Positions 21,078 to 33,637 are shown, counted from the first letter of the stretch. The stretch is DNA of 64,000 nucleotides from an uncultured Planctomycetota bacterium (GCA_963845755.1 CAWJTV010000015.1:1-64000); one strand, 5' to 3'. Numbers and translations are program-made. Notes: generated from the sequence alone by a model not told the origin.

Positions 21078-21490
21078 GTGGCTGACCTGCTGCTGATCCT
21101 GAGCGGGCGGGTCACGCGCCAGCGACGAGGACTCACGCATCGCCGCACGCTCGATCTGGACGGGCGGCCGCTCTATTCGGCCGGGGTTGGTCTAGCAGGA
21201 AGACCAGACGGCATCGTCGAAGAAAACGGGCTGCCGATCCCGGGGGAGTGGAAATCGACTCTCCGGGTGGACGACAGCCACCGAGTTCGACTCGGCGCCT
21301 GCTTCATCCGCCTCGAAGCAGAGACCGGCGTCCGGCCGCCTCATGATTACATCGTGCTGGAGAACCGTCGGCGCGTCCGGATCGAGAATACCGAAGGCCT
21401 CCGGGGCCGCGTGCTGCAAGTCGCGGACCGGACTCGGGCACGGCGCGGGAATCTGGTCGAAATCATCCAGGTCAACCAACCACCGGCCCA
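21078..21490 (+). pseudogene. Decayed, truncated solo Cas4-like PD-(D/E)xK nuclease
   Basis: LYS..GLAGRPD.IVEENGLPIPGEWKS...HRVRLGACFI.LEAETGVRPPH.YIVL. It stops at QVNQPPAQ, where the C-terminal Cys cluster would be expected. Confidence 0.6.
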
Positions 21491-21884
21491 GAGCTGGGTA
21501 TACAGGACTGGAACAGATATATTCAATTCGGCGATTATTGCTTTCGGCGAGTTGCCTTCTACAAGAAGAAACGCCGACTCCTCTCACCCAACCGCGACCC
21601 GAAGAAGTACGGCATCATCGGCGAATTCTGGGAGCGGCCCAAGGCAGCCCTCGGGCAGCACGTGCGCAACACGGAGAAGAAGATTGCCGAGAGTTTGAGC
21701 GCCTCTGATGTACGGCGGCCGGCTGAGCATGTCCACCGGCTCATCGGCGGCGACTACCCTTCGTGTGTGGGACCTCGCGCGGAAATTCGGAACTTCGGAT
21801 AGAACGCCGACACCCCGTGATCCAGGACTGGATCAAGCGGACCTTCTACCCCGACTCAGAGTCTATCCCAGAAGGGGCCGGTCC

Positions 21885-21952
21885 GGGCGAGCGGGGGCGT
21901 CAGCCCCCTGTCTTGGAGGTCCGTCGCTCACCGGACAGGGGGCTGACGCCCC
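21885..21952. repeat. REP-like palindrome interrupted by IS481 (remainder at 23333-23347)
   Basis: Removing the IS restores GGGCGAGCGGGGGCGTCAGCCCCCTGTC...GACAGGGGGCTGACGCCCCCCGCTCGCCC. Confidence 0.8.
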
Positions 21953-23332
21953 TGTCACCCGACAGTAGGTTTTGCCGCGAATCCCGACATAAAGGTTTTG
22001 CCGCATGGACACCCGGCGGTCCCTACTTCCGTCCCGACAATCGCAACCCGCGGATCGACTCCGCGTCGATCTCGGGGGCCGGCCGGGCCCGCAGCTGCTG
22101 GCCCCCGCCGTCGTTGATCAGCCACTCGCCGTGCCCCGGGTCGAACTGGACCCAGACGTCCCGGCCCGCATACAACACTCCTACATAGATATTCCTGTTA
22201 TAGATCGACACCTTTCCCTGGCTGTCCACCCGGCGCGGCACGGCCCACTCCGCCAGGTGGTCGCGCACCCGCCCCAGGCACCACGCGCCGGCCTCGTCCG
22301 CCTCGCGGTAGGCGCGGCCGCTGTGCGCCAGACCGGGGAACAGCTCCCAACGGCTGTGTCCCCCGGCGACGGGATACCGCTCCCGCTGCAGCCGGTCGTC
22401 GGCGTCCAGGCGGGCCTGCAGCTCCGCCGGGTTGCCGCAGGCGTGCGGCTCCGCCCACCGCTTGGCCGTCCCCTGCGACCGCTCCACCACGCCGTTCTGT
22501 TGCGGCCGCCGCGGGTCGTTCCAGATCACGCCGACCCCCAGGCCGATCAGCCACAACGCCAGCGCGGGGGGCAGGTCGCTCCAGGACCCCCACGGCTTGC
22601 CGTTATCGACCCGCATGCGGCGCGGCAGCCCCCACCGCTCGAAGGCGCGGCAAGTGCCGCTGCACCTCGGCCTCGGGGACGTGGGCCCAGTAGTAGTGGG
22701 GGGAAAACCGTGGTGCCCAGGAAGGCCCCCGTATATTCATCCACCAGCCGCAGCCAGCAGGCGCCCTGGCCGTCGGCCGTGCGGAGTTGCTCCGCGGCGT
22801 CCCTCTGCCAGATGTCATGCGGGGCGATGGCACGGTCGGCGGCCGACGGCGACCGCCGTCCCCCCGCCGCAGGCGGGTGCCGCTGGCGGCGGAACCAGCG
22901 CTGCAACGTGCGGCTCGCTGGGCACCGTCGCCGGGTCGGCCTCGGTGGCCAGGCGGACGCGGATGTAGCCCGCTCCCCAGGTCGGATGCTGCTGTCGCAG
23001 GGCCAGGGCCTGGGCTCGGAGCGGGTGGTCGTCGTCGGGCCGCCCCGGACCGGGCCGATAAGCGGTCCCCTGAGGGCTCGCCGGGTCGCGAGCCCGCTGG
23101 AGCAGGTGCCGGACCGTGCGGGGGCAGAGATGCAGGGCGTCCGCGATGGCCGCCGCGGTCTGGCCGCGACCGGATCGTAGCAAGATGAGGCGCCGGGTTG
23201 TCGGCGGGAGTGGAGCGGGCATAGTGACCCTCGCAGGAGTTGGCAGGATCGGACCATCACAGACTACCCCCCGCCGCGAGGCGGCAAAACCTTTTTGTCG
23301 GGATTCGCGGCAAAACCTACTGTCGGGTGACA
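21953..23332 (-). mobile_element. IS481-family element; transposase 23222-22023 with frameshifts
   Basis: TGT...ACA ends, ~50-bp TIRs with two internal GGTTTTGCCGC copies, GCCCC 5-bp direct repeats; HTH, HPTWGA, WQ.DA, RVDNG.PWG, PQQNGVVER. Confidence 0.88.
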
Positions 23333-23658
23333 GCCCCCCGCTCGCCCTTCTGGGACAGACTCTAAGTGGGGCTTGTCCCATGACTCCTCCGGCGACAATA
23401 CACTTGCCTGGACTCTTGCTCGCTAAATGTCTGCATCTCTTGAATGCTATCAGAGAATCAATCACCATCCCCCTCACCTAGTCGATGTCGTTCGGGGCCG
23501 TATCCCCATGAATGGGAGTGCGCCGGTCTAGGATGTGCACGCACCAGTTTCCATCGAGAGGTAACGATCCCTGGAGAATTCAGGTCGGTTTCGGGTGATG
23601 TGTGATCCTCAGCTACCAAGATAATAAGGGAGAGAGCATGTCCGTTCACACCCACACC

Positions 23659-24060
23659 ATGAGGAATTGGTTTGCCGAGGCGCTGGTGCTATTGCCGGTA
23701 CTGCTCCTGCTCAGTTGGGCCTGGGCGCCGCCATCGAAGGACCTGGCGTTGGCCCGTGTCAGTGGCCAGGTAACCTGCGCCGACCGGCCAATCAGCGGCT
23801 CGATCTATTTCCTGCCGGATGATGAGCGCCGGCCTGTTGCGGTGGGCATCGTGAATCCCGACGGCTCATTTCAGTTGTACCTCAATGGCCGACGGGATCG
23901 GCGAGGGGCCCTGCCCGGAACCTATCGAGTCGTCGTCCGGCCGCGCGTTTCGGATAAGACGGCTCCCCGCGTTGACAGCAAGTATCAGGATGCCCACACT
24001 ACAAACCTGCTGGTTCATGTCAAACCGGACTGGAATCACGTTCGCTTGACATTACAATGA
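23659..24060 (+). CDS. Small exported beta-sandwich protein (carboxypeptidase-regulatory-like, planctomycete type)
   Basis: N-terminal hydrophobic segment; VSGQVT...IYFLPD...DGSFQL...GALPGTYRVVV...KY. Confidence 0.7.
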   Translation: MRNWFAEALVLLPVLLLLSWAWAPPSKDLALARVSGQVTCADRPISGSIYFLPDDERRPVAVGIVNPDGSFQLYLNGRRDRRGALPGTYRVVVRPRVSDKTAPRVDSKYQDAHTTNLLVHVKPDWNHVRLTLQ

Positions 24061-24132
24061 TGGTTCATCCGGATTTCGCGCGCCGACCGATCAGGAAGCC
24101 GCGAATTGGTGACCACGAAGCCGCCACGAATC

Positions 24133-24329
24133 GCCCCGAAGGGGCCCCGACAAACCAGCCCGGGGCAACGCCCCGGGGACGTGTCGCCCACCCCAATCCC
24201 TGCCCTGAAAGGGCCAGACAAACCGGGCCGGCGGCCTGCACCGGTGTCGCCCTTTCAGGGCATTTTCCCGTTGGGGGCTCCGTTCCCGGGGCGTTGCCCC
24301 GGGCTGTTATGTTGCGGCCCCTTCGGGCC
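24133..24329. repeat. REP-like composite palindrome
   Basis: GCCCCGAAGGGGC, GCCCGGGGCAACGCCCCGGG and GCCCTGAAAGGGC units mirrored on the right half. Confidence 0.8.
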
Positions 24330-24585
24330 AAGGATTCGCCGTGGGCGAGGCCATATCACAACTCCACCGTTTTCAAGACCGGCGCGCGCCGGATCCGGAT
24401 GAACCACAATGATCCCCGATCCCCTACTCAGCCGCTCCAACGGCCTGGCTTATCTGAGTGGCAGAGAAAGAACCGATTCAATAGAGACAAGTGTAAAATC
24501 TAGGATGGGTGCAAGTCCTCGCCACACCGGGCTATGTGTTCCTTGAATGCGGCATCATTGACCTCAATGCCTCCAATGAAAGTGG

Positions 24586-25080
24586 ATGATGGGGAGCGTT
24601 TCTGGTTTTCCTTCAAGTTCGATCATCACTCGCCTGGACGATCTCCCTTTCAATCGCTTCGCGGAGATGCTGGCGGAGAGCGAGGCCTCGGGCTATCGAT
24701 TCCTCAGCCGTGTGGTCGATGAGTGGAATAGCGGCGCCAGCCGCTTCTCGCGTCCCGGCGAGGCATTGCTGATCGCCGAGGTGAATTCTCAATGGGTGGG
24801 TGTCTGTGGTCTCAGCATCGATCCTTATCTCAATGATCCGCGCATCGGGCGGGTGCGAAATGTTTACGTTCTGGCCGGTTGGCGTCGGTGCGGGATCGGT
24901 CGCCGATTAGTCCAGAAGGCGATTTCGCTCGGCCGCGGCCATTTCGAGCGACTCCGCCTGCGTGGAGAGGACGCAGGACCCGCCAGACTCTACGAATCAC
25001 TCGGTTTCCGCCCGTGTGATGGCATCGCGAATTGCACGCACATCATGGAGCTGGGCATCGGAACGGGCGACCTTCGTTGA
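24586..25080 (+). CDS. GNAT N-acetyltransferase
   Basis: RNVYVLAGWRRCGIGRRL acetyl-CoA motif; ARLYESLGF. Confidence 0.85.
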   Translation: MMGSVSGFPSSSIITRLDDLPFNRFAEMLAESEASGYRFLSRVVDEWNSGASRFSRPGEALLIAEVNSQWVGVCGLSIDPYLNDPRIGRVRNVYVLAGWRRCGIGRRLVQKAISLGRGHFERLRLRGEDAGPARLYESLGFRPCDGIANCTHIMELGIGTGDLR

Positions 25081-25143
25081 TCGGCCGGGATCCCTGGCAA
25101 CGCTCGACCGTCGCCTGTTGGATCCTCGGTGTCGCTCGGCGAC

Positions 25144-26295
25144 TCATCGACCTTGTACTGGACCAACCTTGTCGGGGGCTGGCGACCGGAAGAAGGGGTC
25201 GTTCGCGAGCTGATGGGCGAGCGCTTCGTACCCTTCGGCGAGCGGATGGCTGGCATCGCCATATTGCTCGCTGGGTAGCGGCGGCGGGACCGCGTGGGGG
25301 ATTCTCTTTTCGGTCAACCACGCCGCGATCGTGGCCTTGACCTGCTGATAGCGTCGCAGACTCGCCGGAGTAAGCAGATGCTCATTAAAGGGTCCGACGA
25401 GTACGAACACCCGGTTTCCTCGTTCAAGAAGGAGCTCGACCACGCCCCGGAAGGCCTGCCATTGCAACGACGTATCCAGCTCGACCCAGGAATAGTCCTG
25501 CTTCGCGATGCCGCTCTTATACCAGGGCTGCGATGCGTGTCGGCGCGAATTGTCCGAGGGAGGTAGTCCCCGGCTGAGCGGCGTCAGCGGGTTGTCATAA
25601 GGGTGCTCCAGGGTCCAGCCGGGGATATCCGCCCGGTCGTAGTACGCTTGTTGCAGGTGGGCCGTCCAGGTGCTCAGGGGCAACCGACGCTCCACGAGGA
25701 CGCCCAGGCGCGGCGAAATCTCCGCCTTGTAGGCCGGAATGCTCGGCGCGAACTGCGGTACCAGCCGAGGGTGGTTGAAGTCGTCCGTCCGGTCGTCTTG
25801 CAAGTCGGCCCGGCGCGAGCTCATCCACAGCGGGTTGCACTGGATCAGGACATTCTTGCCGGAAATGCTCTCGGCGTAGAACTCGACCAGCCCACCGAGC
25901 GCCAGAGGGTGGGCGCCGTCCAGGCCGAGGTTGGCGAACCGCTCCTGCCCGGCCAGAACGTTGAGATAATGGGCCAAGGTCTCCTGACGGGTCGCGTACT
26001 CGCCCCAGATGACCGAATCACCGATGAGCAGGGTGTCGTAATGGTCGGAGGCCAGTCCGGCATAGGACTCGTAGAGCCAGTAATCGTTGCTCAGGTCGTG
26101 CGGGATCCGATAATCGGGCTCCAGCGCGAACCGTTCCGCCCGTCGCCACAACGAGGGGGTGAAGATGAAGATCGCAATCGCGAAGAGCGCGAGGCCGAGC
26201 CACTCCCGGCCGGTGAGGCGAATGCCATTGGAGAGCGCGATCGCGTCCGGCTCGACCGACGACCGGTTTGTCCTGTGACTCTCCGGCTCTTGCAT
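25144..26295 (-). CDS. Membrane-anchored SGNH-fold protein (AlgJ/PatB/DltD-like acyltransferase)
   Basis: N-terminal TM helix; LIGDSVIWG (block I), NLGLDG (II), QCN (III), GDASHP (DxxH); directly downstream of the MBOAT gene. Confidence 0.75.
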   Translation of the reverse strand: MQEPESHRTNRSSVEPDAIALSNGIRLTGREWLGLALFAIAIFIFTPSLWRRAERFALEPDYRIPHDLSNDYWLYESYAGLASDHYDTLLIGDSVIWGEYATRQETLAHYLNVLAGQERFANLGLDGAHPLALGGLVEFYAESISGKNVLIQCNPLWMSSRRADLQDDRTDDFNHPRLVPQFAPSIPAYKAEISPRLGVLVERRLPLSTWTAHLQQAYYDRADIPGWTLEHPYDNPLTPLSRGLPPSDNSRRHASQPWYKSGIAKQDYSWVELDTSLQWQAFRGVVELLLERGNRVFVLVGPFNEHLLTPASLRRYQQVKATIAAWLTEKRIPHAVPPPLPSEQYGDASHPLAEGYEALAHQLANDPFFRSPAPDKVGPVQGR

Positions 26296-26318
26296 CGTCC
26301 ACACTCCATACGGCTCGA

Positions 26319-27765
26319 TTAGAACTGGAAATAGATGAACTGTTTGGTGCTCGGCTGGGCCACGATCGCGATGTAGGCGATCATGAGCGCCGCCAGGCCC
26401 AGGCGCACGGGCTGCACGTCGAGCCACCCTCTCAGCGACGACCGGCTGGTGTAGAGGAGCTGATAGACCCATACGGCCATGACAAGAACACCCATCACCA
26501 GCGGGAAGCGCGGGTCCGCCCAGCCGGTCGTGAAGATCCGGCTGATGATCACCCAGGCGTCGGTCAGGCTCTGCGCCGGAAGAAGATCCAGGTGAACGTG
26601 ACGAACGTGAAGACGGCCAACTGCTTGACCGGACGCGGAATCCGTTCCCGGTAGAATTCGGTCTGCTCTACCTCGCGGGTCAGGCAGCGGCCCAGCGCGT
26701 GCAATCCGCCCCAGACGACGAACGTCCAGGCCGCACCGTGCCAGATGCCCGAGACGATCATAGTAATGAACATATTGATGTAAGTGCGGAACGTGCCATG
26801 GCGGCTGCCGCCCAGCGGGAAGTAGAGGTAATCCTTGAACCACGTGGACAGGCTGATATGCCAGCGGTTCCAGAAATCACCGAGGCCCGTCGCCGCGTAG
26901 GGGTTGTTGAAGTTCAGCATCATGCGAAAGCCCATCAACGAGGCGATGCCGCGGGCCATGTCGGTATAGCCGCTGAAATCGAAGTAGATTTGCCAGCCGA
27001 ACGCCACCGTTGCCAGCAGGAGCGCGGCGCCTGGTACAGTCCGGGGTTACCGTAGACCGGGTCCACATACTGGGCCAGGTAGTCGGCCAGCGCCACCTTC
27101 TTGAAGAACCCCACGAGGAACAGCGACAGTCCATCGGTCAGGTCCTGCCGCGTGATCGTCGGGGTCCGCTGGAGCTGAGGCAGCAGGTTATGGGCACGCT
27201 CGATCGGACCGGCGACCAACTGGGGGAAGAACGAGACGAATGTCAGGAACCGCACGAAGCTGCGCTCGGTCTGGATGACGCCGTTGTAGGCATCGATGGT
27301 GTAGCTCATCGACTGGAACGTATGGAAGGAGATGCCGATGGGCAGGATCACCTTGGTGAAGAATCGATCCTCCGGGACGCCCAGGAGCGAGAGCAGGGCG
27401 TTGGGATACGCGATGGGGTCGGGCAGCATCGCGGAGAACCCCAGATGAGCCAGGAACGAATTGAGGTTTTCGGTGATGAACCCGGAGTACTTGAAATAGC
27501 CGAGGAAGCCGAAGTTGCTGACCAGGCTGACCACGAGCCAGAACGTGCGCGTCCGCGTGCTCCGTTCCATCAGGAGGACCATGAGATAATCGATCGCCGA
27601 CGTCCCGAAGAGCAGCAGAAGGTACCAGGGATTCCACCACCCGTAGAACGTGTACGAGGCGATCATCAACCAGATGTTCATCAACTGGTTGTTTCGGCGG
27701 ACGAGGAGGTAGACGGGATAGACGATCAGGAAGAAGACGAAGAAGACCCAGGTGTGGAAGAGCAT
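26319..27765 (-). CDS. MBOAT O-acyltransferase, AlgI/PatA type (two frameshifts, ~27025 and ~26578)
   Basis: LPIGISFHTFQSMSY, FFPQLVAGPIER, FDFSGYTDMA, FWNRWHISLSTWFKDY, SGIWHGA, C-terminal FIYFQF. Confidence 0.92.
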
Positions 27766-27801
27766 GGTTGCCTCGAAAGGATGAAGCAAGATACGTTTGA
27801 A

Positions 27802-28675
<874 letters not shown>

Positions 28676-28679
<4 letters not shown>

Positions 28680-29731
28680 TTCGCCGCCCCCTCCTTGACC
28701 ACGACCCAGCTCGGTTGCTTGCAGGACTTGCCATCGTCGGTAATGGCGACCCAGCGATTCTTCTGCGTCGCGTCGGCCACGCACACGTTCCAGCCCGGTG
28801 CCTCGACTCCGGGGAATTCCGGCAACAGGCCCTTCAGGTTCCGACCCTTGAACTTGGGCCCGCGCGTGAACGTGAGGTATTTCATGTCCGGCGACCAGGT
28901 GATGTGATAGGTCTCGACGGGGTTCTTGCTCTCGACGACGTCATGGACGTTGGTCGCTTTCGGAGTTGAACTCGACAGGTCCAGATCCGCGACGCCGGCG
29001 CAATAGTCGCCGTGACCCCAACAGACCTTCTTGCCATCGGGGCTGATGTTGGGCCGGCAGCCTTCGAGCTTGAGATCGACGACCTTGTTGCCCTCGGCCT
29101 CGATGGCCAGGATGGTGTGGGAGAACCCCATGCCTCCGTGAACCGTGGCCACGAACCAATTGCCGTCGGGCGAGCAGTTCAGGGTGTAGAGATGGTGCAA
29201 CTTGTGGTTGACGTGTTCGCGCGTCTTGCCGGTCTTGAGGTCGAAGAGGAACAGTCCATGGGTCGCGGCATCGAAGTAGGTGAATTTCTCGAATTCGCCC
29301 TTCATGTAGGCGATCTGGGTCCCATCGGGGGTCCAGCAGGGCTCGCGGCCGTTCTCGGCGACCTTGGTGCGGCCCGTACCGTCGCTGTTCATGTAATAGA
29401 TGTTGCGGACCTTCGCATCTCCCTTGCCCTCATCGGCGACGAAGCCGATCTTGGTGCCGTCGGGTGACGGCTTGGGGTACAGCTCATCCATGTCCGCGGT
29501 GCGCGTCAGATTGGCGGAGTGGGAGCCATCGGCGTTGCAGAGGTACAGCTCCCAGTTGCCGTCACGGTTCGTTTCGTAGACGATCTTGTGCCGGTAGTTC
29601 GCGAGGTCGGCCAGCAGGTCGCTGGAACCATCCGCCGGTTTCTCCCCGGAAAACGCATCCGGCGGGTAACCGAGGAGAACCGTCGCCGTCGCGAGGACGG
29701 CCAGCCCCAAGGCAGTTCTGAAGCGATTCAT
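28676..29731 (-). CDS. Secreted TolB-like PD40 beta-propeller protein
   Basis: Signal peptide; repeated P..SPDG.KI units; stop overlaps the next start. Confidence 0.85.
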
Positions 29732-29804
29732 GGTGTCTCCTCGAGCGTTGATCGCCCTCGGGCATTTGAAGGATGAGCAAGTCTCTGTGTGATCAATCAA
29801 TCGG

Positions 29805-31541
29805 TCATTCTTCCGAGGGATGCCAGTCCGGCAGGGTATTCGACCCTTCCCGGGTCATTTGTACGAACTCCTCTTCGTCGGCGTCCAGACCTTTCAGGCA
29901 AATCTGCCACGGGCCTTCGGGCGAAGGTGCCCGGCAAAAGAGGATCATCGTCCCATCGGGCGAGTAGCGGGCATCGTGCTGAACGTCGGCGCCGAAGGTC
30001 ATCTGTTCCCAGTTCCTGCCGTCCACATCGACCTGGTGGATGTGGCCCTGGACCGTCTGGCAAAGGACTTTCTTGCCGTCCTTTGACCATTGCGGCGTAC
30101 AGCAAGGCTCGCCGGCCTTGAGCCGGAGGTTCTCCTGGCCGTCCAGGCTGAGGATGAAGATGCCAATGTCCCCCAGGTGCCGACTGGCGACGGCCAGGTG
30201 TTTGCCGTCCGGGGCGAAGGATGGAACTCCGCAGCGCTCCCATTCCTTGGGAGTGACGCGTCTCTCCTGGCCGGAGGCGAGGTCTCTGACGAAGGTTTGG
30301 TTGTCCTGGATCAAGAGGATCGACTTGCCGTCCGGCGCCCAGCTCCCCTGCGATCCCTTGGTGACGAAATGCGGCTCGGAGCCGTCGCGATTCATCAGCC
30401 AGATCTCGGGAAAGCCGCCGCGCAGCGTGGTGTAGAGGATCTGCTTACCGTCGGGTGAAAAGGTCGGATCGGCGTCGGGGTCACTCCCGCTGGTGAGCGG
30501 TTTCGCACCCTTGCCACTGGCGTGCATGGTCCAGATTTTCAGCGTGCCGCCGCGATCGCTGACAAAAACGATCGTGCCCTTGAGACGGGCCAGGTCGATC
30601 CGGCCGGAACCCGGCTCGGGACTGACCACGGGCGCGGACACTCCGCCAGCCGGCTTAGCCACGGCGTTGGTCGGGACCCGAACTGCCTTCGGGCTGGCCG
30701 CCACCGCGACCGGTGGATCTCCCGCAACGGCCCTCCGCGCCCGCCGGAAACCATAACTGTCGGCGCCGAAGCAGGCGTCGGAGTAAACCGGGAACTCCTT
30801 GTGACGGTAGGCCGCCCGGAGCTTCTCGGCGGTGCAGTCCCACGCACCGCCGCGCAACACGCGCATCTCACCGGTCAACGGACCATGCGGGTTCTCCTCG
30901 GAACCCTCGTTGTAGTAGGTTTCGCCGTAACGGTCGTGGCACCATTGCCAGACGTTGCCGTGCATATCGTAAAGCCCCCACGCGTTGGGCTGCTTCTGGC
31001 CGACCGGACGGGTTTTGCCTTGCGAATGTGGCTTGAACCAGGCATATCTCGGGAGCTCGGTCTCGGGACCGCTGAAACCATACTTGCCGGTGTTCCCGGC
31101 GCGACAGGCATACTCCCATTCCGCCTCGGTAGGGAGCCGATAGCCGTTGGCGCCGAAGTCGCATTCGAAGGTATCCGCGTTGTAGCAGGGCGTCAGCCCA
31201 TCCCGCTCCGAACATCGGTTACAGAAGGTGATCGCGTCGGTCCACTGCGTCTTCTCGACCGGATTTCTCTTGCCCTTGCGCTTCGAAGGATTGAAGCCCA
31301 TGACCGCTTCGTAGAAGTCCTGGGTCACGGGATACTTGTCGAGGTAGAACGCGTCGACCGAGACCGTATGCGGCGTTTCGTCGGGACGACCCGCTCCGTC
31401 TCCCATGGTGAATGTGCCGGCCGGGATCAGGACCATCTCGCTGGCGACGGCCTCGGTCGCCGGGCTGCCGGACTCCCTCCGCCCGCAGCCGGAGACCACG
31501 ATCACGACAGCCAGTGGCGCCCACAACCTGCTCCTCGACAT
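29805..31541 (-). CDS. Lipoprotein: FGE-sulfatase domain fused to a PD40 beta-propeller
   Basis: VSGC lipobox; RLPTEAEWEYACRAG, GLYDMHGNVWQW; C-terminal FVSDRGG and SPDG repeats. Confidence 0.88.
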   Translation of the reverse strand: MSRSRLWAPLAVVIVVSGCGRRESGSPATEAVASEMVLIPAGTFTMGDGAGRPDETPHTVSVDAFYLDKYPVTQDFYEAVMGFNPSKRKGKRNPVEKTQWTDAITFCNRCSERDGLTPCYNADTFECDFGANGYRLPTEAEWEYACRAGNTGKYGFSGPETELPRYAWFKPHSQGKTRPVGQKQPNAWGLYDMHGNVWQWCHDRYGETYYNEGSEENPHGPLTGEMRVLRGGAWDCTAEKLRAAYRHKEFPVYSDACFGADSYGFRRARRAVAGDPPVAVAASPKAVRVPTNAVAKPAGGVSAPVVSPEPGSGRIDLARLKGTIVFVSDRGGTLKIWTMHASGKGAKPLTSGSDPDADPTFSPDGKQILYTTLRGGFPEIWLMNRDGSEPHFVTKGSQGSWAPDGKSILLIQDNQTFVRDLASGQERRVTPKEWERCGVPSFAPDGKHLAVASRHLGDIGIFILSLDGQENLRLKAGEPCCTPQWSKDGKKVLCQTVQGHIHQVDVDGRNWEQMTFGADVQHDARYSPDGTMILFCRAPSPEGPWQICLKGLDADEEEFVQMTREGSNTLPDWHPSEE

Positions 31542-31645
31542 CAGTTATCCTCTCTCCGTTCTGGGAGCTCCGAATCGCCCGATCGGGAATCTCGAACGAC
31601 ACGCCAGGACCCTGGGATTTGCGCACTTCGGGTCGAGATTCCGCG

Positions 31646-33499
31646 TCAATGCCGCGCCCCTTCATGGTTCGCCGGATTACGTAGCGCCTCCTGCGTCCGG
31701 GCGCGGATCTCGGAGGCGATCGGGGCCACGCGGGGATCCCGGGCCACGAGGATTCCCGCTCGTTGCCGCAGGGCCTTCACCACCCAGCGACATTCGCCCG
31801 ACAGCTCGTCCTGGTTGTCGCCGATCTCCACCAGCGCCCGGGCGTACGCCCGGCATTGCTTCAGCGCGTCGGGGCCGTCATTGTCCAGGACCTCCTTGCG
31901 GAAATCCTGATTCATCCGCGCGACATGCTCCGGCGTCTTGATCTTGGCGGCGCGAGCCGCGACCCGCGCGTCGATCTCTCGGGTGAGCGCGTCCATCTCC
32001 GCGATGAACTCGGCCAGTTCCGGATGCACCGCCTTCTGGCCAGCGAGGTACTCCTGCATCTTCTTGCCGAACTCGACGTAGCGCGTGATCCGGCCGCGGA
32101 TGTGCTTGACGAACGTCAGCCCATTATCGAGGATCTTGTCGATCTCGGCACGCTTCTTCTTCTGCTCCTTCCTCTGGTAGATGGGCGTGAGGGTATCGCG
32201 CACCTCGCAGGTTGCCTGGCCCTTGTATTCGGATTTCTGCCCTTCCAGGTCGAGGATGTGCTGGCACGGGCCGACGCCCAGGGTATTGCGCATCACGTCG
32301 ACCACGGTGTACATATCCAGGGGCGTTTGTGCCACTCGGTTGATCGGATAGATGACGACCGGCCCCTGGAGTTTGAGGACGCGGCTCTTGAGGGGTTGCA
32401 GGTAGCCGCGCTGGTCGGGGTCCGACCAGCACGGGTAGGGGTACTGGCCCAGGACCGTGTTCCATCGCATCCGGTTGCCAGGGATCTCCTCGTCGCCGCC
32501 GCCAAGCCAGGAGGGCTTGACGTACTCCCCGTCTTTCCGCGCTTGCAACAGCATTTCCCAACTGTCGGTCAAGTCATTGGAGCGGGTGAAATCGACGCGC
32601 CACTGGGCCGAGAAGGGCATTTTCCAGTCCATGGGGATGACCTTGCCGGTGTCGGCGGTCTTCACGTCGCGCGTGTGCCAGATCTTGGGGGCTTCCATCA
32701 GTGCCGCCCAGATCGGCTTGCCTTCGAAGCCGATCTCGGACCCCGTGATGATGCGCCGGTCATCCTGGCCGGAGAGCGTGATCTTCATGTCCTTTTGCCG
32801 ATTCTCAAAGACGCACATGGCGATGGCGTCACCCTCGCCGATCAGGTGCAGGAAGAAGTTCTCGCTGGGCAGCTCGACCGCATCCAGGGGCAGCCGGGTG
32901 GCATCGATGGTGATGTCGTCGGCGAAGAAATCCGGAAGGACACCGAAGCGACCCGGGCACTCGACTCGCAGCTTGCCCGCCCCGGTCCCCGGCACCGCCT
33001 GGACGGAGACATCGCCCCGCTTGATGCGGAACTGACCAGCGACCTCGACGCCATTTGCGGTCTTGAAAGTCGCTTCCAGGCAGGCGCCTCCTCGGGAGTT
33101 CTCGACGACCGCCATGCGCTCCACACGAGTGGCGGGCTCTCCCGCGGCCGTCAGTAAACGCAACCGCAGCCGCGCGGTCGCGCGGCCCTGCTTCACGGCA
33201 TGGACTTCCACGGCCGAATCCTGCCGGCGCAATACGGCGACGACCCGGCCATTGCTCAGGATGGCGTCGCCTTTGAACGAATCGGGCGTCTCTCCCAACG
33301 GTATGGCGGTCCAGTCATTCTGGCCCGCCAGGGCCGATGGCACCAGAGCTTCCGCGGCCGGCTGGCCCGTGTCCCAGACGACGATGCCGGTCCTCGGCCT
33401 GGCCGGGGACGTTGGCTGCGCGGCGGGGCTCCAGGTCGCACCCATCTGCGCCAGGGCCATGAGAGGTACGACGATTCGGGCAACCACGGGCCATCGCAT
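31646..33499 (-). CDS. Large secreted hypothetical protein
   Basis: 617-aa ORF with signal-like N-terminus, beta-rich middle and helical C-terminus; no family recognised. Confidence 0.75.
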   Translation of the reverse strand: MRWPVVARIVVPLMALAQMGATWSPAAQPTSPARPRTGIVVWDTGQPAAEALVPSALAGQNDWTAIPLGETPDSFKGDAILSNGRVVAVLRRQDSAVEVHAVKQGRATARLRLRLLTAAGEPATRVERMAVVENSRGGACLEATFKTANGVEVAGQFRIKRGDVSVQAVPGTGAGKLRVECPGRFGVLPDFFADDITIDATRLPLDAVELPSENFFLHLIGEGDAIAMCVFENRQKDMKITLSGQDDRRIITGSEIGFEGKPIWAALMEAPKIWHTRDVKTADTGKVIPMDWKMPFSAQWRVDFTRSNDLTDSWEMLLQARKDGEYVKPSWLGGGDEEIPGNRMRWNTVLGQYPYPCWSDPDQRGYLQPLKSRVLKLQGPVVIYPINRVAQTPLDMYTVVDVMRNTLGVGPCQHILDLEGQKSEYKGQATCEVRDTLTPIYQRKEQKKKRAEIDKILDNGLTFVKHIRGRITRYVEFGKKMQEYLAGQKAVHPELAEFIAEMDALTREIDARVAARAAKIKTPEHVARMNQDFRKEVLDNDGPDALKQCRAYARALVEIGDNQDELSGECRWVVKALRQRAGILVARDPRVAPIASEIRARTQEALRNPANHEGARH

Positions 33500-33637
33500 G
33501 AGGCATCCCCTTGCTCAAGGTCGCTGCAAGAAACCCCGGTCCTTCCACAATTCAATGTCTCGGACGGACGATTCGCGGGAATCGATCTCGACACGAACAG
33601 CGCGATTCTACCCCAACAGACGATGGCTGACACTATA

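Noticed and set aside
21078..21950. CRISPR-Cas locus around the Cas4-like fragment
   Set aside because: No direct-repeat array and no other cas genes in the window.
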